This document shows, in pieces, positions 35,909 to 43,314 of a stretch of 64,000 bases of DNA. Made by a program: the position numbers and the translations under genes. This DNA is from an uncultured Treponemataceae bacterium (GTDB lineage: Bacteria; Spirochaetota; Spirochaetia; Treponematales; Rectinemataceae). Where the stretch lies: NCBI GenBank assembly GCA_964404145.1, contig CAYOIX010000005.1, positions 117,196-181,195 on the forward strand, written 5' to 3'. The number at the start of each line of letters is the position of its first letter. Position 1 is the first letter of the stretch. The notes below the pieces were generated by a model that saw only the letters and a program-made list of their open reading frames with translations, did no database searches and was not told the DNA's origin.

Positions 35909-37150
35909 TCAAATGAAGAAGCGGGACTCCTTCTCCTGGGCTAGTCCCGATCGGCGCGCGAGGAGGAGGGAGGCGCAGCCCGCCCAGAGGGCGTCGAGGA
36001 ATGCTCCAACGGCGATGAGAGGGAGAGCGACGGGCGCAGCGATCAGGAAGCCGTTCTCGAAGCCTTTACCGTAGAGGGCGCAGAGCGACATGAGCGCCGC
36101 CATGGCGCCCCTGTCGGGAGAGGAGCCGACGAGAAGGGTCGCGATCGGCGCGAAGACGACTATCCATAGGAGGTTGCCGGGCGAGACGCCGAGATTCGAA
36201 TACGACGACAGCACGACTATGAAGGCCGTCGATGTGACCAGGGCGGTGCCCGCCCTCCCGAATATCGCCGCGAGGGTTATGTCCAGGGCATTGGCCCTTC
36301 TTCTTATGCCCAGGCTTTCCTTCGCGTGCTTCATCAGCGAGCCGAGCGGAAAATACAAGTCGCCGGACACCAAGGCGGCCAGGGAAGGCGCGAGAAGGGC
36401 GTAGAGGACGCGATAGGGATTCTTCTTACCTCCGAAGAACCATAGGACGGCCGGGAGGACGGCGAAGGCAACGACGAGGCTCTCTATCCCGACCGTGGCC
36501 AGGAGAGGCCGGTACACATCGGCCCTCGGCGCGGCCCTGAGCTCGATGATGTTGTGCGCGGTCGCCGCGATGATGAGGACGCCCAGGAATTCCACGAAGA
36601 ATGAGTTTATCTGATAGAAGACCCGGGAAAGAGAGTCGAAAAGCAGGACGACGGGCTTGGTGGCCGAACGGTCATGGCTGAAGGCCAGACCGAGGAGGAG
36701 CGCCAGGAAATAGGTCGGCAGCAGGAATTGCCCGGAGGCGATGGCCACGAAGGGAGTCTCCGGGAAGACGGCGAGCAGCAGGTCCTTGATCCCCGAAGTC
36801 CGGCCGACCGAGGCCGCGTCCGCTACGAGGGGGATGCGCGTCGGCCTCACCGCTGCCGCGACGGCCACGCCGACCACGCTGAGGACGGCGACCGCGGCTA
36901 GGAGGACGAGTAAGGTTCGTCCCAGGCCCTTCCAGAACTCCTTGTCCTCGTTCTGCTCGAAGACCGCTACCGGCACCGAGAAGAGCACCAGGGGCACGAG
37001 CGCGTAACGTCCGATCCGGATCGAGAGGTCGAATAGGAATCCCATCGCGCTGCGCAGGCCTGCATTCTCCAAGGGTATGGCGAGGGCCAGGGCGGCGCCG
37101 AGGATCGCGCCCATCAGGTACTTCATCCAGATCTTCATGGGGGGGAGCAT
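35909..37150 (-). CDS. Divergent dicarboxylate/amino acid:cation symporter (DAACS/SDF) family membrane protein
   Basis: 413 aa polytopic. The overall segment order resembles GltP-type carriers, but the hallmark SSS and NMDG motifs are not conserved (…AIFGRAGTAL…). Confidence 0.45.
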   Translation of the reverse strand: MLPPMKIWMKYLMGAILGAALALAIPLENAGLRSAMGFLFDLSIRIGRYALVPLVLFSVPVAVFEQNEDKEFWKGLGRTLLVLLAAVAVLSVVGVAVAAAVRPTRIPLVADAASVGRTSGIKDLLLAVFPETPFVAIASGQFLLPTYFLALLLGLAFSHDRSATKPVVLLFDSLSRVFYQINSFFVEFLGVLIIAATAHNIIELRAAPRADVYRPLLATVGIESLVVAFAVLPAVLWFFGGKKNPYRVLYALLAPSLAALVSGDLYFPLGSLMKHAKESLGIRRRANALDITLAAIFGRAGTALVTSTAFIVVLSSYSNLGVSPGNLLWIVVFAPIATLLVGSSPDRGAMAALMSLCALYGKGFENGFLIAAPVALPLIAVGAFLDALWAGCASLLLARRSGLAQEKESRFFI

Positions 37151-37244
37151 AGCTCCCGCCGGAGCCGGCCGTCAATCGCGCGCGAATCCTCGGCCTAGCC
37201 CGAGGCTTGTTGCTCGTCGCACGGCCGTGTAGACTTTTATCATT

Positions 37245-38471
37245 ATGCGCTTCATCGACGAAAACGGCGGGCTCATCGGTCTGATGGACGCGTCGGCGCG
37301 CGGCTATCCCCCGGCGCGGGGCGCCTTCTCGCCGGCCGGCGACGCGGACCTGAGGCCGGCAGTCTACGCCCCGGAGGCCAGCTACGCGGAGGCCGCGGCC
37401 TCCGCCATAGCCGCACTCTTCCCCGAGGAGATCGATCCCGTAATGGCCGATCGGCTCGCGGGCCGCGCCTTTGCGGAGGCTCCGGCGAGGCGAGAGCGGG
37501 GAGGCGACATCCTCGTGGCCGACTATGCCTCGGGCCCCTCGGGCTGCGCTTCTGACGCGGAGACCGGCTTCCTCTCCGGCATCCTCGGCCTCGCGGCGCG
37601 CCACGGCGGCCCAAGGCTCCTCATGGCTGACGGCACCGGCAGCGAAGGCGCCTCGCTCTCCGAGGCGATCGCCGGAGTCCCGGGCCTCCGCCTCGCCCTG
37701 TTCTACCCGGAAGGCCAAGCCGCGAGCGGCATTCGGAGTCAACGCCTCGCCAGAGAGGGCGGCCAGGTCGATTTGATCGCGGTCCGCGGGGATCGCGTCG
37801 CCGTAGACCGCCTCATCAGGCAGGCGGCGGGTAGGATGATCGACGGTACGGGACTGACGGCGGCCGGCCCGGCCAATCCCGCGCGCTTCGCGGCGCGGAT
37901 TGTCGCATTGGCAGCCACCTTTTCTATACTCCGCAAGGGAGCGGTGGGCGATCTCCTCACGGGAATTTGCGCGGGCGACGGCCTGGGCTTCGCCGCCTGC
38001 CTGTGGGCCTGGAGGCTCGGGCTTCCCTTGAAGGGCATCCTTCTCTCGATCGGAACCAAGGGCGTGCTTGGGCTCGATCCCGCCGGGAGGGCCCTCGTCG
38101 ATCGTTTCGACGCCGAAAGGCCTGGCGTCATACGATCGCTTACTCTTCTCCAGCCAGTCGACCGCGAGTCGGCCATCCGGTCCCGCGCCGCCTTCGCGGA
38201 GGAAGGCGGGCCCGCGCTGGATATCGCTTCCGCGATGACTCTAGTCGCCGCTGAACGCGCCCTCGACGCAGGCCTGCGCGGCCACGCGCGGATAGTCGTG
38301 CCCCGAGGCGCCGATCCCCGCTGGGATATCGACGGTTACCTTGACGAGGCGAGCGACTCCGGCGATGCGGGAAGTTTCGGCAAGGGCCCAGGGCCCGGGC
38401 TCCGCGACGCCCGCGTCGACGCCGAGATCGAAGCCACCTTCGCCGATCTCGAGCGCGCGTTGACAGCCTAG
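37245..38471 (+). CDS. Threonine-synthase-like protein apparently lacking the PLP-binding lysine
   Basis: Blocks ILVADYASGPSGCASDAETGF / LLMADGTGSEGASL / LALFYPEG / IAVRGDRVAVDRL / GPANPARF / GDGLGFAACLWAWRLGLPLKGILLS are collinear with ThrC LELFHGPTLAFKDFG / TATSGDTG / ILYPRG / VAIDGDFD / SANSIN / SGNFGD..LGLPV (alignment from memory). Confidence 0.45.
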   Translation: MRFIDENGGLIGLMDASARGYPPARGAFSPAGDADLRPAVYAPEASYAEAAASAIAALFPEEIDPVMADRLAGRAFAEAPARRERGGDILVADYASGPSGCASDAETGFLSGILGLAARHGGPRLLMADGTGSEGASLSEAIAGVPGLRLALFYPEGQAASGIRSQRLAREGGQVDLIAVRGDRVAVDRLIRQAAGRMIDGTGLTAAGPANPARFAARIVALAATFSILRKGAVGDLLTGICAGDGLGFAACLWAWRLGLPLKGILLSIGTKGVLGLDPAGRALVDRFDAERPGVIRSLTLLQPVDRESAIRSRAAFAEEGGPALDIASAMTLVAAERALDAGLRGHARIVVPRGADPRWDIDGYLDEASDSGDAGSFGKGPGPGLRDARVDAEIEATFADLERALTA

Positions 38472-38575
38472 CGCGCTTTCGACTACATTTGTCGCTAGGC
38501 CGCGACGCGGTCGTGCCGCACCCCGATCTGCCGCAATGATAATGACAATGGCAGTTCGCCCGCGCGGCTTTAAGA

Positions 38576-38649
38576 GACCCAGTAGCTCAGATGGATAGAG
38601 CGGCTGCCTCCTAAGCAGCAGGTCGCCCGTTCGAATCGGGCCTGGGCCA
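38576..38649 (+). tRNA. tRNA-Arg (anticodon CCU)
   Basis: Cloverleaf GACCCAG-TA-GCTC..GAGC-G-GCTGC-CTCCTAA-GCAGC-AGGTC-GCCCG-TTCGAAT-CGGGC-CTGGGCC-A, with one A2:C71 mismatch in the acceptor stem. Confidence 0.85.
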
Positions 38650-38852
38650 TCGTACATGGCGGCTCTTTCGACCTATAATATGGAAGATTGAAGAATTTTC
38701 CGTGATTATGAGACGAGCTCAAAACAAGGCTGGTTCGCGCAAAATGCCTTTGTTTATCCCCGCGGTTTCCGTCCCTCAATGAGAAGCGCCTCGAGCTAGA
38801 TGAGAGACGTTGGCAGGCCTTATCGAGCGAGACGGCGGCTCCCGTCGCCGCT

Positions 38853-39818
38853 TTAGGGCTCGAAAAGGGCCGCCGCCCCCAGGACGCCGGCTCGCTGCCC
38901 GAGCTTTCCTCTCCGGATCTCCATGCGATCGTACATCATCGCTCCCGCTAGCTCGTAGCAGCTCCTGACGGCGCCATCGAAGAAGAAGTCGGGAAGATTG
39001 ATGAGTCCGCCACCGAGGACGGCCACGTCGGGATTGAGCATCTGGAAGATATTGTAGAGCCCAATGCCGATATAGCGGGCGAACTCTTCTACCACCGCGC
39101 GACAGAGGGCGTTGTCCTCGATGAGGCCCTCAGAGAGGCGCCGGCCGTCGAGGTCCTCGAACTCCATGCAGCCCGAGGGAAGCTCCGGTCTGGCGCCGAG
39201 CGTGCCCAGACGATCTGCGGCCCTGCGAGCGGCGCCGGGCAGGGCCAGTCCCGAGGCCGTGCCCATGAGACAGCCGCGGTTGCCGCAGCCGCACTTCTGT
39301 CCTCCCGTGGCATCCACGATCATGTGGCCGAATTCGCCGGCCGTGCCGGTCGCGCCGCGATAGAGCTTGCCGTTCACGACGATGCCGCCGCCGATACCCG
39401 TGCTGACCGTCATGAAGACCATGTGCTCGAAGCCGGCGCCGGCTCCGTAGCGGTACTCGCCCAGAGTTTGGCCGTTCGCGTCGTTGTCCGCGAGCACAGG
39501 CAGTCCGAGAAGCTCCTCGAGTCTCCGCCTTATCGGGAATCCCTTGAAGCCCGGAAGATTTGACGATGTAAGGGTCACACCTTCGGGCCAGCGAATGTGG
39601 CCGGGGAAAAGGACGCCCACGCCCGCGATCCCGTCCTTCCCTACTCCCGCTTTCCTCATCGCCGTCTCGACGCCGAGAAGGATACGACCCAGGACGAGTT
39701 CCTCCGAGAGCCCCGCGTGATCGTAGGTGACGGACTCACCGAGGATAGCGCCCGCGTCGTCGACCACGCCGATGGCCAGTTTCGTTCCACCGAGATCGAC
39801 TCCCACTCTGTAGCCCAC
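38853..39818 (-). CDS. ROK-family glucokinase / sugar kinase
   Basis: VGVDLGGTKLAIGVVD, GEFGHM, zinc motif CGCGNRGCLM. Confidence 0.85.
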   Translation of the reverse strand: MGYRVGVDLGGTKLAIGVVDDAGAILGESVTYDHAGLSEELVLGRILLGVETAMRKAGVGKDGIAGVGVLFPGHIRWPEGVTLTSSNLPGFKGFPIRRRLEELLGLPVLADNDANGQTLGEYRYGAGAGFEHMVFMTVSTGIGGGIVVNGKLYRGATGTAGEFGHMIVDATGGQKCGCGNRGCLMGTASGLALPGAARRAADRLGTLGARPELPSGCMEFEDLDGRRLSEGLIEDNALCRAVVEEFARYIGIGLYNIFQMLNPDVAVLGGGLINLPDFFFDGAVRSCYELAGAMMYDRMEIRRGKLGQRAGVLGAAALFEP

Positions 39819-39843
39819 CCTAGCCCTCCTTCATTGGCGGCAT

Positions 39844-40758
39844 TCAGCCTCCAACCGTTATGTCGAGGCCCATACCACGTCCGAGCTCGGCCAAGGCGGC
39901 GATGCGCGCAGCTTCGACACGCGCGCCCGGCATGAAGGGGTAGGGCCGCCCGAGCGCCTCGTACTTCCCTCTGGCGAGGTCGTGGTAGGGAAGTATATCG
40001 AGCTTGCGACGCCCGGCCGTCCCCGAAGGGAAAGGCAGCGAGGAAGCGAAGACGAAGATACCGCGCATCGAGACCTCGTCATCGTTGAAGCCCGGAATAA
40101 GGGGCACCCTGAACGCGATGTCGGCGCCGGCGAGCGCCAGTCTTTCGATGTTGCCGAGGACGAGGCGGACCTCGCCTCCCGTTCCGGCGCGGAAGGCGTC
40201 GGAATCGGTATGTTTGAGGTCCACCAGCCAATGCCCCATCCTCCCTATGAGGCGCTCTACGGCTCCCCAGGGCACGGCCAAACAGGTTTCCACGGCCGTG
40301 TCCAGGCCATGCCCAGCCGAAGCGCCGACCAGTTCGTCGAGAAGCTCGACCTGGGCGAAGGGCTCGCCGCCCGAAAAGGTGACACCTCCTCCCGAGTTGC
40401 GATAGAAGGCTTCGTCTTTGAGGACTACCGCGAGTATCTCCTCGACCGAGGCCTCGCTCCCCGCGAGTCTGAGCGCGAGCGAAGGGCAGGCCCCGGCGAT
40501 GGAAGGCGGCGGCCTGACCTTCCTATCCACCTCTACCTCGCCTTCGCTGGCTTTCCGCATGGCCCCTCCGTTGACCGGGTCGAGGCAAGAGCCGCAGCCG
40601 ACGCAGCGGGCTTTAATGAAGAGAAGCTCCCGGTCGAAGGATTGACTCTCCGGATTCTCGCACCAGGCGCAGGAAAGGGGACAACCTTTGAAGAAGATGA
40701 CCGTCCTTATGCCGGGACCGTCATGTGTGGAAAAGCGCTGAATGTCGAAAATCATCAA
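39844..40758 (-). CDS. Glycyl-radical enzyme activating protein (radical SAM, PflA/HpdA-like long form)
   Basis: FSTHDGPGIRTVIFFKGCPLSCAWCENPES (CX3CX2C) and GGVTFSGGEP. The inserted ferredoxin-like region has only CVGCGSC plus one isolated Cys. Confidence 0.85.
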   Translation of the reverse strand: MMIFDIQRFSTHDGPGIRTVIFFKGCPLSCAWCENPESQSFDRELLFIKARCVGCGSCLDPVNGGAMRKASEGEVEVDRKVRPPPSIAGACPSLALRLAGSEASVEEILAVVLKDEAFYRNSGGGVTFSGGEPFAQVELLDELVGASAGHGLDTAVETCLAVPWGAVERLIGRMGHWLVDLKHTDSDAFRAGTGGEVRLVLGNIERLALAGADIAFRVPLIPGFNDDEVSMRGIFVFASSLPFPSGTAGRRKLDILPYHDLARGKYEALGRPYPFMPGARVEAARIAALAELGRGMGLDITVGG

Positions 40759-40770
40759 ATTTGCAAGGAA

Positions 40771-40799
40771 AGACTACAATATTAATTCCATATAGTCAA
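40771..40799 (-). promoter_or_regulatory. Candidate sigma70-type promoter of the GRE-activase gene (TTGACT-N17-TAGTCT on the minus strand)
   Basis: Read on the reverse complement. The -10 ends 12 nt before ATG 40758 and no Shine-Dalgarno lies in between. Confidence 0.4.
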
Positions 40800-40807
40800 T
40801 ATTAATT
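40777..40807. repeat. Two copies of CAATATTAATT spaced exactly 20 bp start to start, overlapping the promoter above
   Basis: Copies at 40777-40787 and 40797-40807, read directly in a very AT-rich 125-bp island. Confidence 0.5.
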
Positions 40808-40883
40808 TTCATTCGTAATTTGCTATCGTCATTGCTTATAATTTACATACTATAATAATAGTTTTTAATTATTGAGGCCTCGC

Positions 40884-43289
40884 TCAGGATGAGTGGCGCG
40901 GTTCAGCTATCGGGGTCCCTTCGGGATCCCTCCCAGGCTCCGCGGCAAGGCGCTTTTTTTCGGCTTCTTCGAGCTCCGCGAAAGGATCGGCCCGACCCTC
41001 GACATAGCCTGCGCGCAGGTCCTCGAGGTATCGCGATAGTTCGTCGGTTCGAAGCCTAAGCGCTTCGATGCCGGCTGCTCCCTCGACGCCCGGCGAGGTC
41101 TGAACGCGCGCTATGTCGAGTCGCATCTGCTTGAGCTGGTTCACCGACGATCCCAAGCGAAGGCGGACGACCTCGCTCTGCTCCTTGAGCTCCCTATAAG
41201 AGCTTTCCTGCTTGTCTATCTCCTCGATCGATTTCTCGTATTCCGCCTTTAGGCCCGCGCTCGCCGATTCTTCTTTGGCGACGAGAGCCGCCTTGTCCTT
41301 CGCGAGGTCGGCCATCGGTATGCTCTCGACGAGGCGGTCGATCTCGTTGGCCGACTGGGCGAGGAGCCTTACCTGCCCGAGGTATTGGTCGAGGGCGGGG
41401 GCGAGATCGGCGTCGACCGGGCCGGCTGCGCCCGACTTGAGCTGGGCCGCGATCGCGTCCTTGGCTGCCTCGGCGTCGCGGTAGAGTTCCGCGTAGACTC
41501 CGAGGCCGACGATCTCCTCCCGGCGAGCCTTGCCGCCGCGGAAGATGTTCCTCCAGCCGCCCTTGATCCCGAGGGAATCCAGAAGCCTGCGCTCGAGGCG
41601 GGGCCTAGTCGCGGAGAAGGCTGCTAGGTGGGAGACATAGCCGACGAGCATCGCGGCAGTAGGTATGAGGAACCATAGGAAGTGCGGACCGGTGAGGAAA
41701 TTGATCACGGCGAGGAGGAGGGGTACCATTATGGTGCTGGCCCCGTGCTGGGCCATGGAGTCCTTGGCCCTGTTGAGCCTCTTGTAATCGGCGAGCTGCC
41801 CCCGATCGAGCTCCGGCATGGCCTCGGCCTCGCGGAGCTTATCGCCCGATCGCCTGGCGGCCACCGCCGAAGAGAGCAGACCGATGCCCCAGCCTGCGCT
41901 CACGATGGCCGCCCAGAGGAAGGAGGCCGAAGTGCTCAGGTTGAGGAACCAAAGGAATCCATTGACCGCCAGGAAGCTGGTGAGGTTGCCGATGAACCCG
42001 CCGCGCGCCTTTCTGAGGCGTATCTCGAGGCTCCGCAGGTAGGCGTCGAAATCGCGGGCCTGTTCCTCCGCGCTGTCGGGCTCCCCCCCGAGCTCGTGTC
42101 TCGACTCGCTGCGCTCGCGGTAGCGTTCCCGGTGACGCTCCGCGCGCTCGCGGTAGCGCTCGGCATGGTGCCTGTATTTCTCGGCGTAGTGATCGAGCTT
42201 GTCGCTCGACATGTTGCGCTCGACGCTTTTCTCGATCTCGTTGACTATCCCGTGAACCGCGGCCTCTATATTGTTCTTAAGCGCGTTCGGGTCGAAATCG
42301 CCGGCCGCATTGCGGCCGATGCCGGCTATGAGGGACGGGATCGACGAGGGATCCGGCTGCGTGGCCGCGCGCTTGACCAAGAGGCCTTGGTCGGCCATCG
42401 TCGCTATGACTTCCTCGGCTTCGACGCCGTAGGAGCCATAGCGCTCGATTGCCTCGGCGACGCTCATGCGCCTGCCCAGGCCCTTCGTGTCCTGCAAGAT
42501 CGCGCGGCGGATCTCGGTGAGGAGGCTGGGCGAGCCCTCTCCGCGGCCGGCCTCGGCCCGGGTCTCCACCAGTGGTGCCGGCTGGGGCGAGGGTATCGAC
42601 GCAGGCTGGGCCGGGGATGGCGCGGCTACCGCTCGCGACGAAAATGGCCCGGCCGAGGAGCTCATCCCCCCGACCGGGATCGTGCCGGCTGAATCCCCTT
42701 CGAGATAGGATCCCGGCTTGTATCCGGGCCTCGGCTTGTCGTGCTCCGGATCGAACTCGGCGTTGGGCGTCGTTATCTCGTAGGCGTGGATTTCCTTGGT
42801 GATGTTCTTGAGGGAGACTTTTCCCAGTTTCTCGGCCCTGAACTCGATCTTGTTCAGGACGAGATTGTAGACATCCTGCGAGAAGCAGATGGAGCCGGGC
42901 CTCGCCAGGGACTGCAGCCGCGCGGCGATGTTGATTCCCTCGCCGAGGGCGTCGTTCTCGAAGAAGTAGATGTCGCCGAGATGAACGCCGATGCGGACCA
43001 GGAGGGGAAGGCCCGGGTTCGCCTTGTTGTGCTCATAGAGTCTGTCCTGGACTTCCATCGCGCTCTGAAGGGCCTCGACCGTGTTCTTGAAATCGATGAG
43101 GAGGGCGTCGCCTATCGTCTTGATCACGGTGCCGTGGTGGCGCTCGACTATGCCCGCGATCAGCTCGTTGTGGTACTTAAGGAGCTCGAGAGTGCCCGCC
43201 TCGTCCCTCTCCATCATGCGGGAGAATCCGGCGATGTCGGTGTACATTATCGCGGCGAGCCTGTAGTCCTTTTGTTCCATCGTAGGCAC
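40884..43289 (-). CDS. Class III adenylate/guanylate cyclase with two 2TM membrane modules and a C-terminal coiled coil
   Basis: N-terminal CYCc domain (AIMYTDIAGFSRMMERDE...GTVIKTIGDALLIDF...GVHLGDIYF...GEGINIAARL). Pro/Ala linker and Arg/Glu-rich helix. Two hydrophobic pairs (FLAVNGFLWFLNL..FLWAAIVSAGWGIGLL; LLLAVINFLTGPHFLWFLIPTAAMLVGYV). Long heptad-like tail. Confidence 0.8.
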   Translation of the reverse strand: MPTMEQKDYRLAAIMYTDIAGFSRMMERDEAGTLELLKYHNELIAGIVERHHGTVIKTIGDALLIDFKNTVEALQSAMEVQDRLYEHNKANPGLPLLVRIGVHLGDIYFFENDALGEGINIAARLQSLARPGSICFSQDVYNLVLNKIEFRAEKLGKVSLKNITKEIHAYEITTPNAEFDPEHDKPRPGYKPGSYLEGDSAGTIPVGGMSSSAGPFSSRAVAAPSPAQPASIPSPQPAPLVETRAEAGRGEGSPSLLTEIRRAILQDTKGLGRRMSVAEAIERYGSYGVEAEEVIATMADQGLLVKRAATQPDPSSIPSLIAGIGRNAAGDFDPNALKNNIEAAVHGIVNEIEKSVERNMSSDKLDHYAEKYRHHAERYRERAERHRERYRERSESRHELGGEPDSAEEQARDFDAYLRSLEIRLRKARGGFIGNLTSFLAVNGFLWFLNLSTSASFLWAAIVSAGWGIGLLSSAVAARRSGDKLREAEAMPELDRGQLADYKRLNRAKDSMAQHGASTIMVPLLLAVINFLTGPHFLWFLIPTAAMLVGYVSHLAAFSATRPRLERRLLDSLGIKGGWRNIFRGGKARREEIVGLGVYAELYRDAEAAKDAIAAQLKSGAAGPVDADLAPALDQYLGQVRLLAQSANEIDRLVESIPMADLAKDKAALVAKEESASAGLKAEYEKSIEEIDKQESSYRELKEQSEVVRLRLGSSVNQLKQMRLDIARVQTSPGVEGAAGIEALRLRTDELSRYLEDLRAGYVEGRADPFAELEEAEKKRLAAEPGRDPEGTPIAEPRHSS

Positions 43290-43314
43290 AGGATAAGTAT
43301 ATAAGGATCAGCGG

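Noticed and set aside
38241-38779. Minus-strand ORFs 38241-38657 and 38570-38779
   Set aside because: They run through the tRNA-Arg gene and the 3' end of the ThrC-like gene. The composition is poor and there is no RBS.
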